From Octopus vulgaris (Eukaryota), in NCBI GenBank assembly GCA_951406725.2, contig OX597829.1, positions 38,192,001 through 38,256,000 of the forward strand: DNA of 64,000 nucleotides, in the 5' to 3' direction. The notes beneath the pieces are model-generated. The model did not search any database and was not told the DNA's origin. It saw nothing but the letters and a program-made list of their open reading frames with translations. Below, piece by piece: positions 26,968-40,325 of this stretch. The stretch's first letter is position 1; each line of letters begins with the position of its first letter. The position numbers and the translations under genes are program-made.

Positions 26968-27499
26968 CATATATATATATATATATATATACGTACACAC
27001 ATACATACATATAAATATATAGATACATATAAATCATAAATGTACTTGCATGAGATGCTATGATGTTGTATATCCGTATTAGAAATCAATGAGGATATTA
27101 AATGATGCACATGGTGAATGTAAAGCGGTAATCCAAATAGATGAAATGGTGGTATGCTTTTAAGAAGAATCGCCGGCAAGTACAAACTCTGACGGCCGTT
27201 TCGAGAATATGTAGGTTGAAATGGGCAAATTATTTCCAACCATAACAATCATCCACATTTCTCTATCAGAGTTAATTTAAGAGGATTTACAAAAGAGTTT
27301 TTTTTTTTAAATAAAAAAAAAAATGAATGTTTTAAGAATTTTAAAAATTCGAATGTCCTATCGGAAGAACATGTTGTTAAGGCGAATGATATATAAGAGC
27401 TGAGTTTACATGTTTAAATAGATTATAAAACTATTGATAATAGTGTTTTAAAATGAATCCAAATGCACAGGGAGTAAATAGGTTAAAATCATATAAACA

Positions 27500-28772
27500 A
27501 GTAACTTTTGGAAAAAAAATTTCAACGTTGATAAATATTTGTGTCTACAAAGAATTATGACATCCGAAATCTTATTAAGTAGAATTTTTTTATCAGTACG
27601 GAGTACATTGATTGATTCTTTTGTGCATAATTTACAATTTCTGGTGAGTATATTGTATGGTTTGGTTTCCGTTATAATAGACCAATCCAGACTGAATTGT
27701 TTATTATGCATTTTTAATATATTAATGTGGGTAGCTAGTTGAGTTTTTTTGTTTCTTGATTAATAAATGAATTTGTGTGCCTCCTATATCCAGTCTTAAA
27801 ATCAGTCGTACTTCCTATGTATATCTTCTTTGATTCATTGAGGGTTGAAACTTTCACTTTATACATGACATTTCTCCTTAAACATAATCCCTTTAAGGGA
27901 CATAAATTCCGGTTATGGTAATTAAATGTTTTATTTCCATGCTTCGCCTTTATATTTTTGATATCTGTATTCTTATTATTATTCATCTTGAGGCCAGCTA
28001 AATTGTCATCTCTATTGATACCATTATTCCTGAGTTTTGATCTATTATTGGCCGCAGTTAGAGGTCCTAGATTAGGCATAGTTGAGTACGATAATCTAAG
28101 GCAGTATCTATTAAAGATGGATGATATTTATGGCCTAATAGAAAATTCCTGTCAATAATCCTAAAAAATAATTTAGGGAGATTAACTGACTCAGAGGGAA
28201 GAAGAAGGGGTGAACCAGATAATTTCCCATTTCCTGGCCTAGTTGTTCCAAATCTGCCCAGTATAATTATTATTAATATTCAATGAATTATAGTGCCTTC
28301 TATTATGGTGGCGGTCCTGATGCTCAGGAGCATCATTCACAGAAGGGGTATCAATATTTAATTTTGCAAAATTTGGAAAACGTTTACCTAATTTGTTCTT
28401 GAATATTGTATTCTTAATATAAATTGAGATAGGGGTTGTGAGTGCAACCCACCATGGGATAACATGAATTAATTGCATCGCAATTCTTAACATTTATGTA
28501 TTCTTAATATAATATATTCTCCTATCGAGTCCACTGTTCTTTAATGCTGTATTATAAAGGGATGTAAAGTTATAAAAAAATCTTTTCATTTGCAGATAAG
28601 TTATAAATTCTTATTGACACCTCGTTGGCCACCCTATTAATAACATTTTGGGTATGATTGGACAAGGCGTGGATATGCTTACTGGTTTTATTGGGCTTAT
28701 GGTAAGAATAAAATAAGCCATTGTCTAAATTCAATGTTACGTCCAAAAAATTGTGACGTCTGGTGACGAAGA
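27500..28772 (-). mobile_element. Decayed Penelope-like element (Naiad-like): RT thumb, linker and GIY-YIG endonuclease
   Basis: NFLDVTLNLDNG..YHKPN..HIHALSNH; EIIWFTP; SYSTMPNL; CPLKGLCL..VMYK..YIGSTTDFK..H..SF; WSII..CKLCTKE..LLNK..CRHK. Confidence 0.88.
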
Positions 28773-28781
28773 AACATATAC

Positions 28782-28815
<34 letters not shown>

Positions 28816-28823
28816 GTATATGC

Positions 28824-28867
<44 letters not shown>

Positions 28868-28946
28868 AATATAAATAATATATAAATATATGCATACATA
28901 GCATACATATATACATATATGTACATACCTACATATATATGTATAT

Positions 28947-29763
28947 AATAACAAAGGGTAAAATTAATTAATTAAGAAGTAATCAATAATTTCACCAAGT
29001 AGAATTCGTCATGAAAAAGGACCATTTCACGGTAAACTTTAATACTTTATAATTAGGGTTCAGCAAAGATTTGCTTTACCACATACCGAAGTTTAAAAAT
29101 AGCAGCTATTTCTTCTACTTTAAAAAGGGACTCCCAGAAAAACCAAAATATTTGAAAACAATCTACGCAGGCAGAGAGGAAAAATAACGAAAATCAATCT
29201 ATATCTGGTCATCCATGTACGCGCGTTTCGGAATTAGATCGGTATAAAGAATATAGAATTATACTTTACCCAACCATTTTCCTTCATCAGCATGGGACTC
29301 CAACAATATTAAATATTAAAAATATTAAATTCGAAGGTACTGGAAGAATTGAACATATCTCTCCACCTAACGGTATCAGACAGATCATATTCAGTGTTAG
29401 TACCGCCGAATTCAAAATACGAATGAGGTTCATCACCTTCCCCTGCCCATCCACATGTGTCATCAAGTAAAATACTACAGAAAAATCTGTAGTTTGTTAT
29501 CAGGGAGAAAATTCTATTATCAATAATAACAAAGAGTAAAATTAATTAATTAAGAAGTAATCAATAATTTCAGCAAGTAGAATTCGGCATAAAAAAGGAC
29601 CATTTCACGGTAAACTTAAGTAATACTTTATAATTAGGGTTCAGCGATGATTTGGCTTTACCACTTACTTTTTAAAGTAGAATAAATAGCTAAGGCTTTT
29701 TGGCTGCTATTTCTAAACTTCGGTAAGAGGTAAAGCAAATCTTTGCTGATCCCTAATTATAAA

Positions 29764-29767
<4 letters not shown>
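28947..29767. repeat. Penelope pLTR-like unit: direct repeat (28947-29107 vs 29526-29663) plus terminal inverted copy (29703-29767)
   Basis: Shared AATTAAGAAGTAATCAATAATTTCA..ATACTTTATAATTAGGGTTCAGC; inverted GCTGATCCCTAATTATAAAGTAT; flanked by (TA)n. Confidence 0.8.
29213..29295 (-). ncRNA. Minimal type I hammerhead ribozyme
   Basis: Minus: CCATG-CTGATGA-aGGAA..loop..TTCC-GAAA-CGCGCG-TA-CATGG; intact core, 5-bp helix I, palindromic helix III, GUA cleavage triplet. Confidence 0.8.
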
Positions 29768-29834
<67 letters not shown>

Positions 29835-29836
<2 letters not shown>

Positions 29837-30500
29837 TATATGCATATATGGGTACAGGAGAAAAAAATGTTGAACACGATGAGAAACGAAAACATAAAAC
29901 AAAACCATAGAAACGAACTTTTTTTCAAACAACGAAAAAAACAGAAAAACGGGGCATACAACATAAAGAATATTCCCCTTCTTTAGTTGTCCCTGTTTCA
30001 ACTACTCGTTCGAAGGCAAGGACAAGATGCGACTTAGTTGAAACAATCCTTCCCGTAAAGCAAATTAAATAAAATTTTGGATTTTTTGCGGAGGGTGAAA
30101 GTGGTAGCAAGAACAGGAGAGTGAGAACAAAACAGTAAAAACAATAAAAAAGTAAAAACAGTAAAAGACAGAACAATGAGAACAAAACAGTAAAAACAAA
30201 CGATGAGGGCTGTTAAGCCAAGACGATGGAAAAATTATTCTGAACGTTTAAGGAGACGAGCTTATGAAGAGACAGGAAAAGCCTGTTTAGTTTTTGCGAA
30301 GATAGTAGTAACAAAGATAGATTCCCTATCGTCACGTGTTAGCGACGAGAGAGTCGAGGAGGAGGAGTGAGAGAGATGGAACGGTGAAGGGGAGAGGAGA
30401 AGAATAGTGAAGGGTGGGAGAAAAGATCAGAAAGGATGAAGAACAAGAGAGGGAGAGAGATAGACAGAGAAGAGATAGTAAAGGAGAAGAGTGCGCATGG
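29835..30500 (-). mobile_element. About 670-bp non-coding element, same family as 25170-25882 (core mutated)
   Basis: Minus CCTTCGAACGAGTAGTTGAAACAGGGACAACTAAAGAAGGGG; same flanks; ends in (TA)n. Confidence 0.75.
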
Positions 30501-30565
30501 TAATTATTAAGATAAACTTACTTGAAAAAGGATGCGTGGCGTTCGAACATATAATAATATATAGA

Positions 30566-30797
30566 AGGCGGCGAGCTGGCAGAACCGATAGCACGCCGGG
30601 CGAAATGCGTAGCCGTATTTCGTCTGCCGCTACGTTCTGAGTTCAAATTCCGCCGAGGTCGACTTTGCCTTTCATCCTTTCGGGGTCGATAAATTAAGTA
30701 CCAGTTACGCACTGGGGTCGATGTAATAAACTTAATCCGTTTGTCTGTCCTTGTTTGTCCCCTCTATGTTTAGCCCTTTGTGGGTAGAAAAGAAACA
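30566..30797 (+). mobile_element. SINE family B
   Basis: Full head, core and tail. Confidence 0.9.
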
Positions 30798-30816
30798 GAT
30801 AATATAATAATATAAA

Positions 30817-31086
30817 TAAATGTAAGGACAAGCAAGCTAGGCAAGTCGATATACAAAATATCTTAAATACATTTAATACAAAGAATGTACATACGTTTAC
30901 ATATAAAAGAAGTCCGACTTACACAGAATAGAAATGATATAAGGAATTAAAGGCTTTGAATTTCTGATATCATTTCTATTCTAAGTCGGACCTTTTTATA
31001 TGTAAACATATGTACATATTTTGTATTAAAAATATTTAATTATTTTTTGTATATCGACTTGCCTAGCTTGCTTGTACTTACATTTA
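30817..31086. repeat. About 270-bp imperfect fold-back palindrome
   Basis: ACAAGCAAGCTAGGCAAGTCGATATACAAAA..AGAATAGAAATGATAT / ATATCATTTCTATTCT..TTTTGTATATCGACTTGCCTAGCTTGCTTGT. Confidence 0.9.
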
Positions 31087-31160
31087 ATCCTCTATCTTTA
31101 AACCTCTTGAGCATTACGAAGTGTATTCTGTACGGAGAATATCTGTCTCTCATTTATAAA

Positions 31161-31256
<96 letters not shown>

Positions 31257-32660
31257 TTGGTAGAATTAAGCGAGAGAAATAGAATCAATATAGGCGTGCA
31301 TAATTTTTTAAAAAATCAGCCATAAGTTTACAAAAGTAACTTAAGACCCCGAGACTTTAGTAAATGATTTAGGCATCATGCATGAAGCTTTCAGCTTTAC
31401 ATCACTTTTGGATCGCTTCATACACCTTTTGTTACACTTCTACACGATGTTTACAAATGTCTTAGTCACCAGACTTTCGAAACATCTCGATGACCAGCAT
31501 ACAAAATCACACAAAATTATATGAATTCTATCTTGGGCATAGTTGTGCATATATTTGAGGGAGTGAAAAATCGAATACTTGGCTGGGAAGTATTACATAC
31601 TGCAATATATTTTGTTCGATGCCCTACCGATTCTTCCATATCAATAAGATTAGTAACCGTAATGACAGCAACAGTCTCGTTAGTAAAACTATCTGTGCTA
31701 ACATCAACAGCAAAGAGCCAAATGGAAAGAGGTCTCTATGTGACTGCAGGGATTACGAGAAATACCAATCAAACCTTCCTCAAATCACGTCATCGGGAAT
31801 AAAGAAAAGTGTATTTGACAATTTATTTCTGATTATCCTTATAAAAATATAGGATGGCCTAATGCTGGAACGTGTTTGAAGAGAGAATCTACTCGGCGAT
31901 GATCGCTTGGAACTAAAAAACAATAACAGCAACCTCAGCATCAATAATTGAGCCAAAGATGTGTGTAAGGGTGGGGGAATTTTATATAGCTGTTTGTTCT
32001 GTTGGAAATAGCAGTCAAACCTTTCATAAATTTGACCTTACAGTCTTAAAGACTGATACATTGAGAAAATTATAGCTTCCGATATACAACTTACGCCCCC
32101 AACCGCATAATTACACAGCTGGAATGCAGACAAAAACAGATACAGACGCTCTTTCTTTCTAGGCCAGTCCTGAGAGTAGATAGTCCTATTATCAAAGGCA
32201 TTTCCAAACATGGCCATCTCGTCTTTTCCCGGGCATTCCATCATATCAACTGTTGATTGTCATGGAAAGATCAAAGATTCTCATTTTTTTGTCGCATAGC
32301 TAAATCTTAAAGAAAGACAAAAGGAAGGAAAGGAAGTATAAAACAATGACAGCAATATAAATAACAAGACAAAAACCATTATCGATCAATCTATGAAAGA
32401 GCAAAAATACTTCAAAAGATGAGTTGTAATGTTATTCTGGTTCCCATTAATTTCTCTTAATAGATGCAGACATGGTTATGTGGTGAAGAATTTCTGCTGA
32501 CAGCCTTAGGGCTTGAAATTTGGGTCTCAATGCATGACACGTTGGGTAAGTGTCTTCAGCTATTGCTCAAATTACATAAGTGGAATACGGTAGACAGAAA
32601 CTGTCACCAAGCCTGTTGCATGTATGTATCTTTCTGTCTGTCTGTCTCTCTTTCTTTCTG

Positions 32661-32729
<69 letters not shown>

Positions 32730-32798
32730 GTTTATTTGTCTGGATGTCTATCTAATCTCTATAAATAAACAATATATATATATATATACACATACATA

Positions 32799-32845
<47 letters not shown>

Positions 32846-32848
<3 letters not shown>

Positions 32849-33720
32849 GAGGGGGCACCTTAAAACCCCCAGAATTTTGCAGTATTATTTCATTCACCTA
32901 GTTTTTACATGTCTATACTTTTATCACCTTCAAAGTAGTCTCCACTTGAAGCAATGCATTGGCCCAGGTGTGTTTTCCACTATTCGAAGCAGTGCTGGAA
33001 CTCTTGCGAAGTGATGCTTTTTAACACTTCCGTCGTTTTGTTCTTCACCTCTTCCACATTTGCAAATTCCGTACCACCAGCTTCCGTCACCAGTGAAGAC
33101 CTTCGAATAAAAGTCCGGATCAACTTGCAACTGTTCTTTCAGTCGTGATTGCTTTCGATCTTCCATGAGAAAGCGCGGCACAAATTTAGCTGCAACCCTT
33201 TTCATTCGCAATTCCTTGCTCAAAATTCGTCTGCAGGAGCTCCAGAACACACCAGTCATATAAGCAAGTTTGTAAATTGTTTGGTAACGTCCCTCCAAGA
33301 TCAGTTCATGAATTTTCGTGATGTTTTCCTTCGTTCGAGAGATCGATGGTGGTTATGAACGAGGTTGCTCTTCAAGTGGCCATTCCTAAAGCGTAGAAAC
33401 CACCCGTAAACCCGTACTAGGATGCTCCTGGCAGCATCCTAGTAAGCTGTTTGAAGCATATCAACTGTTCCAGCTACCGCTTTCCCCAGCACTAAACAAA
33501 ATTTCACGGAAGCACAATGTTCCTTCGGCTCAGCCACTGCAAAAATCGAGGAACAGAGGGAAACACTTCAAAGCAAAGACGAACCACATGGCAGTACGGC
33601 CTCACTCGACGATGCCGGTCGTCGGCAGACTGATGCCTGAAGGTCGCATCAAGTGGTTTCTAGCAGTGGCAGCCCGAACTACATCGGATTTGTCCTACGG
33701 AGAATGTTCAGTAGCCCCTC

Positions 33721-33724
<4 letters not shown>
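32846..33724 (-). mobile_element. Internally deleted mariner element
   Basis: Ends TACGAGGGG..CCCCTCGTA; MKRVAAKFVPRFL..VFTGDGSWWYG fused directly to C-terminal FANVEEVK..CIASSGDYFEGD. Confidence 0.85.
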
Positions 33725-33767
<43 letters not shown>

Positions 33768-33770
<3 letters not shown>

Positions 33771-34350
33771 GGTGAGCAACAGGTTGCTTAGCCACATGCC
33801 GAAAATTTAGAAATAGCAGTCAAAAACTGCCTATTTCCATTTTCTACAAATATAACTCCACATATAACATATACATGTAACTCACATATGTAAAAAGAAG
33901 GAAAAATAATGAAAACAACAGTCTTCGGTCAGTTACGGACGCGTTTGTGGGTTAGAATTATAAATAATTCATTCCCGTCTTCAGCGCAATATTTTGGAGG
34001 GAAAATCCGAATTCATTCGTCTATATGGATTTGGCTTGCGTTGACTATCTTCTGCTATCTCTGATGGCGCGAGATCGGGATGCAAGAGGTAGGTAAATAA
34101 CATTTGCAAATCTATAATCTAATGGAACGTTGCGCTGAAGACGGGAATGAATTATTTATAATTCTAACCCACAAACGCGTCCGTAACTGACCGAAGACTT
34201 TGTTTTCGTTATTTTTCCTTCTTTTTACATATGTGAGTCACATGTATTTGTTATATTTGGAGTTATATTTGTAGAAAATGGAAATAAGCGGTTATTGACT
34301 GCTATTTCTAAATTTTCGGTATGTGGCTAAGCAACATGTTGCTTACCCTA
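33768..34350. repeat. Fold-back element (about 220-bp arms, about 140-bp spacer) with a hammerhead motif on each arm
   Basis: Arms 33768-33989 and 34130-34350; GTTGCG-CTGAAGA-CGGG..CCCA-CAAA-CGCG-TC-CGTAAC at 34129-34187(+) and mirrored on minus; flanked by (TA)n. Confidence 0.9.
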
Positions 34351-34601
34351 TATATATATATATATATATACATATACATACATATATATATGTGTGTGTT
34401 AGAAGTTGTGTTAACCTCATGAAGGGATGGTTTTATCCAAGGAAATACTGGTTCAATACCTAGTATTTTGGGGGGAATTTCCTTAAAATAATAGGTATAT
34501 ATATATAAAATCATATAGTATATATTCATATAAGAGAAGAAAAAGAAAATGGAGATTGGGAAGTTAAAATTTGTTTATTATTAACAGCAAATTAAACATC
34601 A

Positions 34602-34684
34602 TCCCTTACAGCTGTTTCAATTAATACTCAGTAAATATTAAGTAAATATTAAATTTATATGACCTGAGCATATCTTCAGAGGGA
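34602..34684 (-). ncRNA. Minimal type I hammerhead ribozyme
   Basis: Minus: TCCCT-CTGAAGA-tATGCTCAG..CTGAGTAT-taatt-GAAA-CAGCTG-TA-AGGGA. Confidence 0.7.
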
Positions 34685-34770
34685 AGAAATATACCCTTGG
34701 ATGTTTTATATGTGTCTATGGATTCATTATAGCAGACTCATATATATTACTCCAGTCACGCTTTACACTG

Positions 34771-34831
<61 letters not shown>

Positions 34832-35670
34832 AGGAGGGAAGAGAGTAAAAGAAAGACACTGAGAGTTAACATAAGAGATGCAGGATGAGCGCACGTAGGT
34901 TTGGTGGCCAGTAATGAGTAAAGGACTTCAATCACACAGTGAGAGAGGAAGAATCAAGAGAGAGAGGAGGAGCAGGGGGTGGTGGTGGTGGTGAAAGTAA
35001 GTCACTGTATTTATGGGAGGAGTTATACAAATGAGAAATATATTTTATTTATCTAGGTTTTTCTTTTAAAGCCGATAGTCAGCTCGTTGTTATTGTTATT
35101 GTTATTGAGTGCAGCCCAGTAGGATGAAACACTGAGCCATACAATCATAATCTCAATACGTAAAACTAGCGCTGATTTTATCCAAACCAATATGAACGAT
35201 AAGCCAAGAATCATCTCGCTGCGAATCGAGCGTTAAGAAAAACAAAGCAAAGCAAGTGCAAGACATCTGGTTAATCAGTCACGCCGACGATCGTGCCATG
35301 AAAGGGCTTTGGTTTGATTTTAGTGTTCATAAATATTTCAGTGGAATACACGACAGAAATCTAGCTGATTTCACATATTTTACATTGTCTGGTGTTGTAA
35401 TGATGTTTGTCGTTGCCATGGTAGCGGCGGTTTTCCATCATCCCTCTCTGAGTTTAAAATGTTATTAGAAGTTAATTAAGAACATTTTAACATTTTCATA
35501 AAATCTTTCACTGATTTATTGATCGAAAATACTTATAATTTGCAGTAATGGAGGAATTTAGAAAATGTTCATTATCCAGCGACTGGTAATTATACATAGA
35601 AGAGAAAGAAGATAATAAATCCAGAAAGCTTTCCTACCGAGGGATATCATCAATATATACATACACACAA

Positions 35671-36000
<330 letters not shown>

Positions 36001-36462
36001 AAAAAAAGATGGGTGAATGTAGCAAGGATGGCACGTATGAATGACGAAGCCACCTTGACTATGATTCTATGAACCGTAAAAATTAATACAGAGAGTTGCT
36101 TATTTGCAAAAAAAAAAAAAAAAAAAAAGAAATATAACATGTGACTTCATTGACCGAGGTTACCGTGGTCTTTTCCGTAGGCTTTTCTTTCCACGGGTAA
36201 ACCTCACCTGTCCTCCCCTTTACACTTCATATTGACATTTCTGTGATAACGATCCCTATTGATCAATTTTTTCCTCTCCCCCCTTTTTTTAAACCCCCCT
36301 TTTTTGTCCTCTTTCTTTCCTTTTACGATCCCTTTTGATCGACCCCCCCCTTTTTTTATTCTTTTTTTAAATTTGTATTTTATTTTTTTTACCTCCAAAA
36401 GAAAAGCTCTACCTTGTAATTTGTTCTATCTGTGTGCAGCCCTGTGTGGCTAATAAAGAAAC
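36001..36462 (+). mobile_element. Short 3' end of the Tx1-clade LINE embedded in (ATCT)n
   Basis: AAAAGATGGGTGAATGTAGCAAGGATGGCACGTATGAATGACGAAGCC identical to about 19236-19283; ends TGTGGCTAATAAAGAAAC-(ATCT)n. Confidence 0.92.
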
Positions 36463-36463
36463 A

Positions 36464-36541
<78 letters not shown>

Positions 36542-36542
36542 C

Positions 36543-36596
<54 letters not shown>

Positions 36597-36611
36597 GTCT
36601 ATCTATCTACC

Positions 36612-36662
<51 letters not shown>

Positions 36663-37235
36663 TTGAAAATTACAGTTAAACTCTCGGCACTGATACATTA
36701 AGTTTCCTGACAGTGGAGTTGTTCTATTGATATTCTTTCACTCGGACACAGATTTGGTTGGAAAGCAGTATAAATTGGATAAATAAAGATTTAAGCCAGG
36801 GTATTAATTAATGAGTTCAGAGGAAACTTCTCACTATAAATACTACTTTCCTGTCTGCCTTTGGCTAGGTTATAATAAGAGTGAGCATGTTACTTCCTGC
36901 ACTGCTAATCAATAGTTAATAGCTATAAAGGGGAACACACACATACAAACATAAGTACCTTTATTTATATCCTGTATTTCTTTGTTCTTGTTTTTCTTTA
37001 GAACTAGACATTAGTCTCTGTCCTCCTTGTTTTCAAGAATTTCTCAACGTTCCTTATGCTTTTATTTGAAATACTTGTCTCCTTTCTTTTTTTATATGAA
37101 TCCAAGGTTTTTCCGATGAACAATATTAGTTGTTTTCCAAGTGCTGAAATCGTAATGATTCTAGAACGAAAGTTGAATGTTGAAATGTTGAAATCATTCA
37201 CGCTTTTATGTTCTTTCTGTTAGTTTTTACACACC

Positions 37236-37269
<34 letters not shown>

Positions 37270-37274
37270 CATAT

Positions 37275-37329
<55 letters not shown>

Positions 37330-37439
37330 CAAGATGCGTAAGATATTTGAGAATCGATTTTTTTTATAAACATAAAAAAAACCCCAGATATATAACAGAT
37401 AATAAATTCATTTAAATGCTATGAGGGTAAAAATAAGCC

Positions 37440-38470
37440 TTCTTTTCTATACTGTTATTCAATTATTCCGCCTTCAGCTTCAATGACTGCTTCTATGTGA
37501 GATCTAAATCATCTACATGCTCGAATCAAGTGGTCCTGGTTCATTTTGAACATTATATTGACAATGGCAGCTTTCAAAGAATCTTTGGTGTTATGGTCAT
37601 GTTCATTGACCTCTCTCTTAACAACGCTCCACATGTAATATGGATTGAGATATGGGAAATTGGAAGGCCAAAAGATAGGGATTGTGTGATCATGAAAAAT
37701 TTCCACCATGCATTCCTGTGTTACTAGAGCCATGTGTGATAGTGCAGAGTCTTACTGAAACTCATATGGCCTTCCATTGCATACACTGTCTATCCTGGGC
37801 TTAACAATTATTTGCAGGACCTCAATGTAGGCGGCTGAGTTAACTCTAAGGCCTTGTGGAAAGAAGTAAAGAGGCATTACATGTTCTTCGTTGCTGACAA
37901 CCTCTGAAACCATGACAGTTGCAGAAAATTTTGTATGCATAACACATGGAACTTCAGAAGCGTCTGCACATAACCATCTGTCATTTCTTCTGTTAACATT
38001 TTGATCTTGGTCGAAGTTTTTCTCGTTTGAGAAAAACCAAATCAAATCTTCTTCTGCTGGAATTTTCAGTTTGTTTAAGAACCTTTTAGCTTTAATGTAG
38101 TGATTTTCTTTTGCTTTTCCTGGCAAATTGACCTTTCCTCATCATATAAGACTTATATCTGATGTCTTCGTGGACAACATTTATGACACATGGAGCTCTT
38201 TTGCAATTGACCTCATGGACTTTCTGGGACTGTAATCAATGGTCTGTTGAACTTACTGGATAAATTCAGGTGTTCCGATGATCTCAGAGTGTTTATAATG
38301 TTTTTAATGCTTTGATACTGGTGATACGTTTCCATCTTCAGTCTCTAGTTCCTTACAAACTTTGTAGAAGAAAGATTTGGCAACTTTTAAAAAGCGAGAT
38401 ATTCCTAAATCGCTATCCTCAGCCTTTATAACCACAATAACAGCATACTTCCGCGTGAGGGCAGGGAGTG
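37440..38470 (-). mobile_element. Tc1/mariner-superfamily transposase fossil (maT/DD37D-like)
   Basis: WFFSNEKNF..NRRNDRWL..VMV..FFPQGLRVN..Y..L..FQ*DSALSH..FWPSNFPYLNP..WS. Confidence 0.85.
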
Positions 38471-38499
38471 AGCCATAGATCAGAACAAGTAATAATTTA

Positions 38500-38640
38500 A
38501 GGGGAACTAGGTTCGAAGTACATGCTGGGTGTGACATCAGTTCAATTCCCCCAAGTTCTTAGAGTTTATTCTGGGTCTTTCGAGCGATATGAGATCTTGC
38601 ATTGTCTTGCTGCAGAAGAGCTTTTTTGGAGTATAGATTG
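38500..38640 (-). mobile_element. Mariner fragment
   Basis: LLQQDNARSHIARKTQNKL. Confidence 0.65.
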
Positions 38641-38892
38641 ACATCGATGATTCGATCGACCGGAATGAACTCGCATTCATTTATCTCCATCACAGTATAC
38701 ACACACACCCATGCATATATATATATATATATGTGTGTGTACGTATACACATACACGTGTGTATGTGTCTACACACACACATATTTCCATAGGTATATAC
38801 ATACTTGCATACGCACACATAGATACGTATAGGAGTGAGTGAACGAAAGAGAGAAAGTGGCATTCAACACATTTGATAAGAATTACATATAT

Positions 38893-39473
38893 TTTTTTCT
38901 ACCCTAGGCACAAGGGCCGAAATTTTGGGGGAGGAGGCCAGTCGATTACATCGACCCCAGTAGGCAACTGGTACTTAATTTATCGACCCCGAAGGGATGA
39001 AGGGCAAAGTCAACCTCGGCGGAATTTGAACTCAGAACGTAAAGATAGACAAAATACCTATTTCTTTACTACACACAAGAGGCTAAACATAGAGGGGACA
39101 AACAAGGACAGAAAAAGGGATTAAGTCGATTATATCGACCCAGTGCGTAACTGGTACTTAATTTATCGACCTCGAAAGGATGAAAGGCAAAGTCGACCTC
39201 GGCGGAATTTGAACTCAGAACGTAGCGGCAGATGAAATACCTATTTCTTTACTACTCACAAGGGGCTAAACACAGAGAGGACAAACAAGGACAGACAAAC
39301 GGATTAAGTCGATTATATCGACCCCAGTGCGTAACGGGTACTTATTTAATCGACCCCGAAAGGATGAAAGGCAAAATCGATCTCGGCGGAATTTGAACTC
39401 AGAACGTAGTGGCATACGAAATACGGCTACGCATTTCGCCCAGCGTGCTAACGTTTCTGCCAGCTCGCCGCCT
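38893..39473 (-). mobile_element. Composite trimeric SINE-B with 16-bp target-site duplication
   Basis: One full unit plus two headless units; TAAGAATTACATATAT at 38877-38892 and 39474-39489. Confidence 0.88.
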
Positions 39474-39790
39474 TAAGAATTACATATATCATTTAATAAC
39501 CGTTTGACCCAGTTCCATACGTCTTAATGATTAGCGGGCGTGTACGATGAACCCATCACATCAAATATCTGGTGAAGTTATCCCGATCTAATAGGAGATG
39601 AGTTTGCCGTACGCGGCAAAGAAACATGAAAATCAAATGAAGTCATATGAAGATCAAAGCTTAGTATTTGTTCCTATTAGCTTAATGTCTTATATACCCC
39701 CCATCAATAGTAAACTCATTTTTAGAACGAGGCGAAGAATTAAGGGCTTTTTCCACCTTTGCCACAGGTTGGCCTGGTATTCAGCTCATA

Positions 39791-40325
<535 letters not shown>

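Noticed and set aside
27500-27930. Selenocysteine codons reported for some Naiad elements
   Set aside because: Conserved Cys positions here are Cys codons or missense changes, not TGA.
38893-39473. Regularly spaced repeats resembling a CRISPR array
   Set aside because: The units are about 180-bp SINE monomers without unique spacers; the context is eukaryotic and there are no cas genes.
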